Source of the DNA: Candidatus Heimdallarchaeota archaeon
Lineage (GTDB): Archaea; Asgardarchaeota; Heimdallarchaeia; Heimdallarchaeales; Heimdallarchaeaceae
NCBI GenBank assembly: GCA_030607575.1
Contig: JAUWJS010000002.1
Location: 1 to 62,439 of the forward strand
DNA: 62,439 nucleotides
Direction: 5' to 3'
Position numbers and translations under genes: made by a program
Shown here: piece by piece, positions 37,785 to 47,469 of the stretch
Numbering within the stretch: the first letter of the stretch is position 1
How the letters are laid out: each line of letters starts with the position of its first letter
Notes under the pieces: generated by a model
The model's input: the letters and a program-made list of their open reading frames with translations, nothing else
Database searches by the model: none
Told to the model about the DNA's origin: nothing

Positions 37785-38696
37785 TCATTTTCTTTGCAGA
37801 AGCTCAGCATATATTTTTTCTGCTAGCTCATTTGCTTCTTTAGAGTTAGTTACAAGTTCGATTTCAGCTGCTGTCTGAACCCCAAGCTTTAGTTCAACAG
37901 CTCTCGCTATTTGTTCTTGTTGGAAGATATTACCTCTAGAAACTTCAGGTGTTGTACCTAAAATTCGTAATAATGCAACTCCAACAGCATCAATAGCTAC
38001 TCGATCTGTAGAAGCTAATACCACATTAGCTTCATTTATAGTACCTCTAGCTGGCCCCCCATCAACAAAAGCAGATACTCCATCCATAATAATTAAGTCT
38101 GGAGTAAAAGCAGTGTTTATTTCTGCTATCATTTTCCTTGTGTGTGGAGAGCTATGTAATTCCTGCATGTGGGCGTTTCCATCTAGATTTCTTTTTGGAA
38201 CTAAGCCAGTAGCGTTCTTTAAACTAAAAGTAAAATGCCCCCCGAATTGATGTGTTTTCAAGCAACATGTCTCAACAATACATTCTGCATCTTGATAGAT
38301 TTTTGCAAACAAGAAGCCATTTTTCCAATGACTATCATTAGGGATAATATGTACATACTCTTCTAATGGAACCTCAGCTAAATTTACTACTTTAAAGTTT
38401 AACTCCTCTGCTAATTCAAATAAACCTTTTTGCTTCATGCATCCATGTGTGTCAACAGGTCCACTTCGTTCAGCTACTGTAATGCTTTTAGCTCCCATAT
38501 CGTAAAGTTTGGTGATTAGTGATTTCAGCACAACCATAGATGTAGAAGCTGGAGGAGGATCGGCTGTGTTAAAATTAGGTTTTAGAACAACCTTTTTTCC
38601 TTTAACAGGGTTGATTCCTAATAAATCTATTACTTGATATGTTCCTTCTTCTCTATTATCAGTATACACAACTGCTACCTGCGACATCGTCATCAT
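37785..38696 (-). CDS. DUF362-domain protein
   Basis: 303 aa. VVLKPNFNTADPPPASTS and later IIMDGV..DRVAIDAVG patterns match my recollection of DUF362. Confidence 0.5.
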   Translation of the reverse strand: MMTMSQVAVVYTDNREEGTYQVIDLLGINPVKGKKVVLKPNFNTADPPPASTSMVVLKSLITKLYDMGAKSITVAERSGPVDTHGCMKQKGLFELAEELNFKVVNLAEVPLEEYVHIIPNDSHWKNGFLFAKIYQDAECIVETCCLKTHQFGGHFTFSLKNATGLVPKRNLDGNAHMQELHSSPHTRKMIAEINTAFTPDLIIMDGVSAFVDGGPARGTINEANVVLASTDRVAIDAVGVALLRILGTTPEVSRGNIFQQEQIARAVELKLGVQTAAEIELVTNSKEANELAEKIYAELLQRK

Positions 38697-38791
38697 GTGA
38701 GATGAGAAAAACAGCTATATATTGTTTTCTTGTTTTTGATAATCACTTTAATGAATAACAAGATTAAAAAAATAAGGCCAAATTATAGCTC

Positions 38792-40354
38792 ATGAGTATA
38801 GAATTATTTGCAGATTTAATTATTAAGAACGCAAATATTTGGACACTTAATGATGAAAATCCAAAAGTGGAAGCTATTGCTATTTATTCGGACATTATAC
38901 TTAAAGTCGCTTCAAATGAGGAAATAGAGAATCTAATAGGACCATCAACTAAGGTTTTAGATGTTGAAAATAAAACAGTCCTACCAGGTTTTATTGATGC
39001 TCATACACATATTGCATGGAATGGCATGAATAAGGTACATCTTGATTTAAGTCAGACTAAAAGTATTAATGAAACATTAGATTTAGTAAAAAATGAAATC
39101 AAGAAAAAGAAACCTGGAGAGTGGATTATTGGTAGATCTTGGGATCAGAGCAATTGGTTAGAACAAAGATATCTGACAGCAGCTGATTTAGACCCTTTAA
39201 GTCCTGAAAATCCCGTTATTCTTCGGCACGTATCTGGACATTTTGAAGTTGTTAATAGCCTTGGTTTCACACGTTTAAGTTTATCTAAGGATCAGAAAGG
39301 AGTTGATGTTGATGGGGAAGGAAAGATAATTGGAACATTAAGGGATATAGACCTCTCAGGTAAAAAAGAAATCCGACCAACTTATGAGGATTTCATTAAA
39401 GGATTAGGTTATGGAATGGACGAATGTCTAAGTCTAGGAATAACTTCTGTACATGACAATATAACCTTCGAGAATTTACCAGCTTACAATTTTCTTGCTA
39501 AAAAAAATGATTTGAAGATTAGAGTATATGGTATTGTATACGAAGATATGATTGATGAGATAGCTAAGCTGGGAATTAATCGTACATTTGGCGATAAATG
39601 GTTTAGAATTGGCGCATGTAAATTGATGACAGATGGAGCTATAAGTTCTAGAACAGCTTATTTGTTTGATGATTATGTTGACATGGAAGGCGAAAAAGGT
39701 TTTGCACTATATGATGACCAAAGATTAGATGAGATGGTTTTGAAAGTTCACAATGCTGACCTTCAAATTGCTGCTCATGCAATTGGTGATAAAGCTATTT
39801 CCAAACTAATTTCAGCAATAGAGCGAAATTTAGATGCAATTGAATGTAAAAATTCCTTGCATAGGATAGAACATGCTGAACTGTTATTAGAAGAAGATGC
39901 AATACGATCAAAAGAATATGGATTAGTGATGTCAATGCAACCAAACTTTGTTTGGAGGTGGGGGATGATTAATGTCAATGGTATGTATGAACAGAGACTT
40001 GGGAGAGAAAAAACTATGATTAACAATCCTTTTCGTTGGGTTCTTGATAATAATATATTACTTATTTTCGGGAGTGATGGTATGCCTTTGGGTCCAATAT
40101 ATGGCATTAAAGGAGCAATATTTCATCCTAATGAAGAACAAAGATTATCTCTGGAAGAAGCAATAAAATGTTACACATACTATCCAGCTGTAGTATCTGG
40201 AGAAGAGAAGATCAAAGGAATGATAAAGGAAAGCATGCTTGCGGATATTGTTATTCTAAACCGCAACTTAGACGAGATTGAACTAGAAGAATTTCATGAT
40301 GTTGAAGTGTTATACACAATTGTAGGAGGAAAAATCTCATACATAAGGGATTGA
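38792..40354 (+). CDS. Metal-dependent amidohydrolase (Amidohydro_3 / YtcJ-like)
   Basis: 520 aa. LPGFIDAHTHI metal-binding motif, later AAHAIGD and HAE; C-terminal GSDG. Confidence 0.7.
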   Translation: MSIELFADLIIKNANIWTLNDENPKVEAIAIYSDIILKVASNEEIENLIGPSTKVLDVENKTVLPGFIDAHTHIAWNGMNKVHLDLSQTKSINETLDLVKNEIKKKKPGEWIIGRSWDQSNWLEQRYLTAADLDPLSPENPVILRHVSGHFEVVNSLGFTRLSLSKDQKGVDVDGEGKIIGTLRDIDLSGKKEIRPTYEDFIKGLGYGMDECLSLGITSVHDNITFENLPAYNFLAKKNDLKIRVYGIVYEDMIDEIAKLGINRTFGDKWFRIGACKLMTDGAISSRTAYLFDDYVDMEGEKGFALYDDQRLDEMVLKVHNADLQIAAHAIGDKAISKLISAIERNLDAIECKNSLHRIEHAELLLEEDAIRSKEYGLVMSMQPNFVWRWGMINVNGMYEQRLGREKTMINNPFRWVLDNNILLIFGSDGMPLGPIYGIKGAIFHPNEEQRLSLEEAIKCYTYYPAVVSGEEKIKGMIKESMLADIVILNRNLDEIELEEFHDVEVLYTIVGGKISYIRD

Positions 40355-40362
40355 TTGTCTCA

Positions 40363-41475
40363 TTAGAATTTTTTAGTAATAATTGTAATAACATCTTCAT
40401 CTTGAATAACGTGGGCTAGGCCGACTCGCTGATTTGGATGTTTAGAACTTTTACCAGAAACAATTGCATAACGGAACTCTGATGCAAAACTTCTATGTAT
40501 TTTATCACATATATACTTAACAGTTGAATTTCGTTTAACAATCAAAGGTTCTTCATAATCTGTTTTTTGTCCCTGTTTCTTTAGATAAATTTTTATCAAT
40601 TCAAGGCGTTCGACTATTTCATCTTTGAGGGCTTCGAGATTTTCACCAGTTAATGCACTGATAATCATAGCATCTGGAAACTTTCCTTTGATTTTCCTTA
40701 TTTGTTTTTTTGAAATTAAGTCAACTTTATTCACAATAATAAGAATCTTTGGATAAACTCGATTACCCTCTAAAATATCTATTAACTCATCAACTGTTGG
40801 ATCACTGCGAACAGTTACAGCTGCATTCATGATTTTATATTCTCTTAAAATACCCTTGAATGTTCTTTCAGTCATATGTGTAAGCTTAGTTAAAGTAGAG
40901 AGCGCAATCCCTCCTCTATCTTTCTTTTTTATTCGAATATAGGGTTTTGTTTTTCCTGGTCTAATGGCAACAATATGCAATTCTCTCATAATTTTCTCAT
41001 AGTAATCAGTAGGTTTTTTAGGATCCATTATGATTATAATCATATCTGCTCCTCGAGCTACAGCTAGGACTTCTTTTCCTCTCCCTTTACCTGAACTAGC
41101 CTCTTCTATAATACCCGGTAGGTCAATTATTTGGACTTGCGTCCCCTTGTGAAACATTATTCCTGGAATTGCTGAAGTTGTAGTAAAAGCATAGTGCCCA
41201 ATTTTTGATTTTTTACTAGTGATGTTGGAAATGAGTGTGGATTTACCTGTTGACGGAAATCCAATCAAAACTGCGGAGCCATCTCCAGCTTTCTTAACAT
41301 CGAAACCATGCCTACCTCCACCAGACTTAGAAAATTGTGCATCTAATTTCTTCCTACGTAATTTTGCAAGCTTAGATTTCAAAACTCCAAGATGATGCTC
41401 AGTAGACTTGTTTTTTTGAGTTCTCGAAATTTGGTCTTCAATGTCAAGAATCTTTTCATCTATAGCTGAACTCAT
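40363..41475 (-). CDS. DRG/Rbg-family Obg-like GTPase with C-terminal TGS domain
   Basis: 370 aa. G1 GFPSTGKST, G3 DLPGI, G4 NKVD, and an N-terminal coiled region (QKNKSTEHHLGVLKSKLAKLRR) typical of DRG proteins. Confidence 0.8.
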   Translation of the reverse strand: MSSAIDEKILDIEDQISRTQKNKSTEHHLGVLKSKLAKLRRKKLDAQFSKSGGGRHGFDVKKAGDGSAVLIGFPSTGKSTLISNITSKKSKIGHYAFTTTSAIPGIMFHKGTQVQIIDLPGIIEEASSGKGRGKEVLAVARGADMIIIIMDPKKPTDYYEKIMRELHIVAIRPGKTKPYIRIKKKDRGGIALSTLTKLTHMTERTFKGILREYKIMNAAVTVRSDPTVDELIDILEGNRVYPKILIIVNKVDLISKKQIRKIKGKFPDAMIISALTGENLEALKDEIVERLELIKIYLKKQGQKTDYEEPLIVKRNSTVKYICDKIHRSFASEFRYAIVSGKSSKHPNQRVGLAHVIQDEDVITIITKKF

Positions 41476-41730
41476 CCCTAAAACCTGTTTCTAACCAGTA
41501 TAATTATTGTGAATATGGAAAGTATTTAGATTTAACGATTAGCGTTGTCTTGAATTTTCATTGCTGATTGAATATCTGATTAATTCAGTAAAATTATGAT
41601 GGATTAAAGTAATGTTAAGACAAAAAGTACTATTGATATATAAATGTTGTACTCATTTTTTCGTTAACCGAGCATTATATTTAAATAATCATTAACTTAA
41701 TACAAATTGAAAATTAGGGGTGGTTTTTAA

Positions 41731-42012
41731 TTGACTGAAACGCTTGAATTAAGTGAAGAAAAAGTAATAATCGCATTGGCAAAAGCTTTATCGTCTCCTA
41801 CACGGTTTAAAATTGTAAAATTGCTTCTTGATAAAGAAATGGATATATCAAGTATAGCTAAGAAAATGAAACAAACTGAAGCAAATACTTCAGCACAGAT
41901 CAAATACTTAGAACGGGCAGGGGTGCTTGATTCGCGTTATGAACCCGGTGCTCATGGTGTCAGAAAGGTTTGTAAGACGAAAGTGAATAAAATAATTCTA
42001 AATATACTTTAG
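41731..42012 (+). CDS. ArsR-like winged-helix transcription regulator
   Basis: 93 aa. LSSPTRFKIVKLLLDKEMDISSIAKKMKQTEANTSAQIKYLERAGVL fits the ArsR/SmtB HTH pattern. Confidence 0.5.
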   Translation: MTETLELSEEKVIIALAKALSSPTRFKIVKLLLDKEMDISSIAKKMKQTEANTSAQIKYLERAGVLDSRYEPGAHGVRKVCKTKVNKIILNIL

Positions 42013-42019
42013 TTTTTTT

Positions 42020-42559
42020 TTATTCTTTTTTTGCTATAAGAGCAATATCTTCTATTGAGAGATTCCATGTTTTAACTATTTTAAATCCACCTTTTTTAAC
42101 CATGTTTTTTAAAATCTTAATGTTATATATCTTTTTCAGAGCAGTTAAAACAAGATAACCTTTCTTTCTTATTATATCATGACACTCTTCAATCGTTTTT
42201 TGTGGATTGCTTAAATTTTGGACTACTGAAATGCAAGTGACAAAGTCTCCACTTTCTTCTCGAAAAGGGAGAAATTCACAATCCGCACAGACGAAAAAAC
42301 CTAGAGGATATTTGTTTCTCCCAACTTTCAGCATCTCTAATGATATATCATTTACAATAATTGTGATATTTTCCTGTTTTAGATAGTTAAGAAGTAATCC
42401 TGTACCTCCGCCCACATCATAAATAATTGCCTTTTCTTCAATATCGATATCAGAGAATATTTCGAAATACTTCTGTTTCTGTATAGCAGTGTATCTACTC
42501 TCATATTGCTCTGCAGTTGAATCGTATTTATGCCTTACTTCGTACTTCTTATTACTCAT
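42020..42559 (-). CDS. Class I SAM-dependent methyltransferase
   Basis: 179 aa. Motif I YDVGGGTGLL followed by a DIS acidic loop. Confidence 0.7.
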   Translation of the reverse strand: MSNKKYEVRHKYDSTAEQYESRYTAIQKQKYFEIFSDIDIEEKAIIYDVGGGTGLLLNYLKQENITIIVNDISLEMLKVGRNKYPLGFFVCADCEFLPFREESGDFVTCISVVQNLSNPQKTIEECHDIIRKKGYLVLTALKKIYNIKILKNMVKKGGFKIVKTWNLSIEDIALIAKKE

Positions 42560-42613
42560 TCAAATAAATATAATAAAGAAAAGAATTTTAAGTCATACTC
42601 TTACAACATATTG

Positions 42614-43516
42614 ATGCCAATAAAACTGCGTGGAGCTAAAGTGCTGAAAGACCTCTCAAATATGGACTTTAGGGTTTTGAATATGATTGAGACACTTCTT
42701 CGAAAAGGAGAGTATGCTCCCGTAGATAAAATTGTTATTTATTCAGGCTATAGAGCTAAAGATGTTGATCTAATCTTATCTAAATTGAATAAAATGAAAC
42801 TGACTCGCAGATGGAAAGGACAATTTGTTGGTTATTCCTTAACTTTGTCAGGATTTGATGCTTTAGCACTCAATACACTCTACAATAAGAAAATCGTTTT
42901 TGGTGTAGGGCAAACTAGGGGAGTAGGAAAAGAGAGCGACATTTACCATGCAATCGATTTTGAAGAAAATGAAATAATAATTAAGATCAATCGAACTGGT
43001 AGAGCTAGTTTCCAACAAATAAAGAGAAAAAGAGATTTTCTTGAAAACAGATTTCACTATTCAATGTTCTCAATTGCTGAAATTGCAGCTAAAAGGGAGT
43101 ACAAGATTCTAGAAAATTTAAAGGGTAACAATCTACCTATACCTAATGTTATAGGACATAATAGACACATCTTTGCAATGGACTTTGTTGAAGGTAGAGA
43201 ACTTGTAAATGTGCAGCATATTAAGAAACCAATTAAAACTCTCGAAAGAATAATAGAATTTGCAAAAACTCTTTATCAGAAATTTAACATAGTACATGCG
43301 GATTTAACAGAATTCAATATTATGTATGATGAAGAAACTGGAAAGATAACAGTTATTGACTTCCCCCAAGCTGTTCAAACAGATCATCCTGAAGCTACTG
43401 TTCTTTTAAGAAGAGATTTTACCCATCTCTTAGGCTATTTTGGGAAAAAATGGGGGATTAGTACAGATGAAGTTGAAACTGTTATAGAATATGTTATGGG
43501 AAATAAAAGAAGGTGA
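42614..43516 (+). CDS. rio2: Rio2-type atypical serine protein kinase (N-terminal winged helix + RIO domain)
   Basis: The track ORF begins at 42530 and overlaps the opposite-strand methyltransferase. ATG at 42614 (MPIKLRGAKVLKDLSNMDFRVLNMIE) gives a typical Rio2 N-terminus. RIO motifs: GVGKESDIY, IIKINR, VHADLTEFNIM, VIDFPQ. Confidence 0.8.
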   Translation: MPIKLRGAKVLKDLSNMDFRVLNMIETLLRKGEYAPVDKIVIYSGYRAKDVDLILSKLNKMKLTRRWKGQFVGYSLTLSGFDALALNTLYNKKIVFGVGQTRGVGKESDIYHAIDFEENEIIIKINRTGRASFQQIKRKRDFLENRFHYSMFSIAEIAAKREYKILENLKGNNLPIPNVIGHNRHIFAMDFVEGRELVNVQHIKKPIKTLERIIEFAKTLYQKFNIVHADLTEFNIMYDEETGKITVIDFPQAVQTDHPEATVLLRRDFTHLLGYFGKKWGISTDEVETVIEYVMGNKRR

Positions 43517-45645
43517 TTGAAATTTCTGATTCTGAAATCATTAGTGTTGGTGTTGATATCTTACCTCAATCATCGCCTTCTAAGATAGCCAAATACTCAG
43601 TTTGCGTTTATGATGGTGTAAATGATATTATAATACAGAAATATGAAAAGGTTAACTTACAGAAATTGATAGGCATAGTTAGAAGTTCTCAAGCTCACTA
43701 TCTTGCTAGCGATAATATCTATGAATTGGTTAAGAATCCATCTCAAATTCCTCATTTATGTCTTCAACTTCAACCCAATACAAAACTAGTTCAAATAACA
43801 GGATCACCTGTTCATGGTTTTACTCCTCTCACTAAGCTAATGAAACAACATGGTTTGAATGTTTCCGGGAAACTTTTTCCACTAGTTGCAGCTGAAGCGT
43901 GTGCTATTTTAGCGAGTAGAAAATTGGGGTACATTGTAGAACCTTTTGAGAATGAAACAAAGATTATTGTATCTAGATCAAGATCTAAAGGACCTGGAGG
44001 ATGGTCTCAAAAACGTTATAGTAGGCTGTATGATACCACAATAAACCAAGAAGCGAAGAAAATAGAAAGCAATTTAATTGAGAGAAGATTTGATTTCGAT
44101 AAAAACGTAACTAAAAGTAAATTTGGAGCTCAGAAAGTTGTATTTAGTGTGTACTCTCCAATCTCTGAGATAACAAAGATTGTAAAAAAACAGAGAGGGG
44201 AACTCTGTCGAGTTAATATCTATCCTGTTAATAAAGAAAGAGTAGAGTTCATCCCTCTATCTCAACAAGTACAAACAAAATCTTCTTTGAGAAGATTAAT
44301 TGTTGGGATAGATCCCGGTTTAACAATTGGATTATCAATTATGGATTTGAATGGAAGAATCCTAAAAATTAATAGCTATCGAGAAGCGAGTAGAGGACAG
44401 ATAATTCGCGAAATAACCTATTATGGTAAGCCTTCATTAATTTGTGTTGATGTTTATCCTTATCCAGCTTATGTTGAGAAAATTTCTGCTGCTCTAAACT
44501 CCAGACTTTATACACCAAGAAGCGTGATGACAGTTTCAGAGAAGAATGAGATATCTAGAAAGCTTGCTATGCAACAAGGTATTAATGTAAAAAATGCTCA
44601 TCAGAGAGATTCTCTTGCTTCTGCTTACAAAGGATATGCTAAATTTCGATCAGAATTCGAAAGGATTGAAAGAAATTATCGAGATGTGTACGATAAATCT
44701 ATTAGAGATGAGATAAAAGACTTGTTAGTTAAGGGAAAAACACTTACTGATGCAATTGAAGAAATAAATCAATCATTAACTGTTGATAAGACGATTAAAG
44801 AAAAAATAGTCAAACCAACCTTAAAACAAGAATCTGAACCAGATGTAGTAGAAATCAAGAAAGAATTTGATGTCCTTCAAGAGCAATTAGATTGGGAGAG
44901 GAGCAAAAATACAGAACTTTATTCTGAAATCAAAGATTTAGAGGAGAAACTTGAGAATCTACAATTTAGGTTAGATGAAGATAAATCAGAATATGTTGAA
45001 AAGATTCAGAAAGAGAAGGCATATATTATCCTAAAGAATCAAATCTCACATTACAAAGAGAGAATCAACCTTTTAGAAAATGAAATTGAAAGATATTCAG
45101 ATAGGATTGACGAACTGAAGAGAGTTGTTTGGCTCAGAGGTCATGAAGGATGGGTTCCACTTAAGGTGATAAGAAAATTCACTCAAAATGAGATTGAAAG
45201 AACAGCTGAGAACTATGGATTAGGACCTGGAGATATAGTTCTTATACTCGATACAACAGGTGGAGGAGGTCAAACAGCTGAAAAGCTATTTTCTTACAAA
45301 ATTAAAGCTGTAATTGGGGATGTTGATCACCTTTCTTATAATGCAAGAAAGAAACTTATTGAATCTCAAGTACCGATAGCTAAACAAGATGATGTAGAGA
45401 TCATTAGAATTGATGAAATTGCCATAATAAAAGAAGATGATTTAAACAAATTAATTTCTGAAGCTAAGGAGGAGATTGACCTTATCCTAACAGAGAAAAA
45501 AGAAAGTTTTTTGGACAATTTAGTAGATGAATATAGAAAAGAACGAGAAATCGAAATTAAAGAACAGGACAAATCATTTTCTCGTGAAAGAAGACAGAAT
45601 AATCAAGCTCGTCTTGAAGCTGAAAATGGTGAGTTAGAAGATTAA
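43513..45645 (+). CDS. DUF460/COG2433-like protein: RNase-H-fold (RuvC/YqgF-like) domain plus long coiled coil
   Basis: 710 aa. LIVGIDPGLTIGLSIMDLNGRIL is the RNase-H-like first-strand Asp motif. The central region is Glu/Lys-rich coiled coil. GTGA start/stop overlap with rio2. Confidence 0.5.
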   Translation: MIEISDSEIISVGVDILPQSSPSKIAKYSVCVYDGVNDIIIQKYEKVNLQKLIGIVRSSQAHYLASDNIYELVKNPSQIPHLCLQLQPNTKLVQITGSPVHGFTPLTKLMKQHGLNVSGKLFPLVAAEACAILASRKLGYIVEPFENETKIIVSRSRSKGPGGWSQKRYSRLYDTTINQEAKKIESNLIERRFDFDKNVTKSKFGAQKVVFSVYSPISEITKIVKKQRGELCRVNIYPVNKERVEFIPLSQQVQTKSSLRRLIVGIDPGLTIGLSIMDLNGRILKINSYREASRGQIIREITYYGKPSLICVDVYPYPAYVEKISAALNSRLYTPRSVMTVSEKNEISRKLAMQQGINVKNAHQRDSLASAYKGYAKFRSEFERIERNYRDVYDKSIRDEIKDLLVKGKTLTDAIEEINQSLTVDKTIKEKIVKPTLKQESEPDVVEIKKEFDVLQEQLDWERSKNTELYSEIKDLEEKLENLQFRLDEDKSEYVEKIQKEKAYIILKNQISHYKERINLLENEIERYSDRIDELKRVVWLRGHEGWVPLKVIRKFTQNEIERTAENYGLGPGDIVLILDTTGGGGQTAEKLFSYKIKAVIGDVDHLSYNARKKLIESQVPIAKQDDVEIIRIDEIAIIKEDDLNKLISEAKEEIDLILTEKKESFLDNLVDEYRKEREIEIKEQDKSFSRERRQNNQARLEAENGELED

Positions 45646-45646
45646 A

Positions 45647-45880
45647 TTATAGCTCATCCACCGCTAATTGAACTAATAGGATGTTATTCCCTCTAACAAA
45701 GATATTCCCATATCTTGAGACTTCTTCGTCTGCAATTATTTCAATTGCGTCACTCAAGTGACAGTTCATATATTGATCAAAACTTTGTAGTTTGCCTTTG
45801 TATTTCACGTTATCTTTTAATCTAATGATTATATATTGGCCAATTACCTTTCTAAGTGTGTTAATGGGAATGCTACTCAT
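45647..45880 (-). CDS. Sm-like archaeal protein (LSm/SmAP)
   Basis: 77 aa. IIIRLKDNVKYKGKLQSFDQYMNCHLSDA ... IFVRGNNILLV gives Sm1 and Sm2 motifs. Confidence 0.8.
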   Translation of the reverse strand: MSSIPINTLRKVIGQYIIIRLKDNVKYKGKLQSFDQYMNCHLSDAIEIIADEEVSRYGNIFVRGNNILLVQLAVDEL

Positions 45881-45966
45881 AATCTACACAAACTCAATTT
45901 GATATATCTCGACGGGAAGCTTGTAATTTAAAAAGCTTGCGTTTAATTATTATCCAAGCTTATTGA

Positions 45967-47469
45967 TTATGCTTCAAAGTTCTTGGCTGATTCTTCTAAA
46001 GTTCTAGTTTCTAAAGTTGTTGTTTTCCTTTTTCTTATTTTTACAAATATTGGGTGATTAACTGCATTTCCTACAATAATAGCTTCTCCTACTCCTAACG
46101 AAGTAATTGAATTCATGGTTGATCTGTCAATTCCCTCCGATGATCGCCCTATATAGTCTAAATCATAAGGATTGAGAATTCTCATTATAACATGAGTGTT
46201 ACATTGGCTGAGAGCAGTTGTAGACAGTTTCACAGGTCTTTGACTTACAAGTATTAATGATGTAAAAAATTTTCTTCCTTCTCTAGCTATTGTTTCAATA
46301 ATTGATTTTGATATTGCTAATTCTAAACGAGCTTCAGGTACAAATTGATGAGCTTCCTCCAATATAACTGTTGTAGGAGGAACTTCATTTTTCTTCCTCA
46401 TTTCAAAAATCCTATATAACAAGTAGCTAACTATCATTTGCTTCAGTTTTATACTTGTAAAATCACTCAAATCAAATATGGTGATTTTACCTGGTTTCAA
46501 AATATTTCTTAAATCTGGATTTTGTGCTGCTCCAAACAAACGAGTATTTTCAAGAGAGTAAAGCCAACCTATCAATGCTTCTTTACTTCTAGTATTCATC
46601 TGTTCATTTTTCTCGAGTTCCTCAATTATATCTCCGATTACATAGCTTTTTCCTTGTTTAACTTTGTCATGATAGAACTGGGATAAGATTTTGGATAAAT
46701 CCCTTGATTGAGCAGAAGTTATCTGGGGTTGATAAATTGCAAATTGTCTGGCAGACATTGAAGAAGTTGCAAATTGTATTAATCCACCTGGAAAGACATT
46801 AACATCTTTGAAAAATGGAGATTTTTCATCTCCAAATCCCTTATATTCTCCATGAACATCGAAAAGAACAATTGCAACCCTGCCCTGATCAGCTTTTCTA
46901 GAGAGTAATTCTTCAAGGAAAACAGACACGGCATACGATTTACCTGCACCTGAAATAGCGAGTATCGCTGCATGTTTTTGGAGAAACCTTGTAAGATTCA
47001 ATCTAACTGTAAGATCATGCTGTTCTATCTTTCCAATATTTAATCCATTTTCTTTTTCTAAACCTAGAAATTTTATCAGAGTTTTATTATCTGGAATTGA
47101 AACATTTTCTCCTGGAGAAACTGGAAATAATAATCTTTGAATACCAATTTCTGTTATAATTCCTAAGGGTTTAGCTTTTGCAATAATATATTCCCATCTA
47201 TCTGCGGGAAAAATAGAAGCTAAGGTTTTACCACTAGTTTCATAAGCTCTAACTGCAGAAGGGGAAGAAAAATATCTATTAGTTTTGTAAAGTTCAATAA
47301 CATTAGCTAGAACATCTCCATCTTCTGTTGGAACAACTACATACATTCCCTTTTGTAATTGGAACTCTTCTTCTGTTTTTGTTAAAACAAAGCTGAATTG
47401 TTCAGGATTTGGTGAATTATCTTCATCTACAATAATTGTACCTATATTCTTTTTTAACATTTTAACCAC
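45967..47469 (-). CDS. herA: HerA-type hexameric ATPase/helicase
   Basis: 500 aa. N-terminal barrel-like region, Walker A ILAISGAGKSY, Walker B TVILEEAHQFVP. Overlaps nurA by 8 nt. Confidence 0.7.
   Translation of the reverse strand: MVKMLKKNIGTIIVDEDNSPNPEQFSFVLTKTEEEFQLQKGMYVVVPTEDGDVLANVIELYKTNRYFSSPSAVRAYETSGKTLASIFPADRWEYIIAKAKPLGIITEIGIQRLLFPVSPGENVSIPDNKTLIKFLGLEKENGLNIGKIEQHDLTVRLNLTRFLQKHAAILAISGAGKSYAVSVFLEELLSRKADQGRVAIVLFDVHGEYKGFGDEKSPFFKDVNVFPGGLIQFATSSMSARQFAIYQPQITSAQSRDLSKILSQFYHDKVKQGKSYVIGDIIEELEKNEQMNTRSKEALIGWLYSLENTRLFGAAQNPDLRNILKPGKITIFDLSDFTSIKLKQMIVSYLLYRIFEMRKKNEVPPTTVILEEAHQFVPEARLELAISKSIIETIAREGRKFFTSLILVSQRPVKLSTTALSQCNTHVIMRILNPYDLDYIGRSSEGIDRSTMNSITSLGVGEAIIVGNAVNHPIFVKIRKRKTTTLETRTLEESAKNFEA

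Noticed and set aside
42530-42613. The 5' extension of the rio2 ORF overlapping the methyltransferase start region.
   Set aside because: The extension (MPYFVLLITHSNKYNKEKNFKSYSYNIL) has no Rio2 counterpart and overlaps the divergent gene. ATG at 42614 gives a canonical Rio2 N-terminus.
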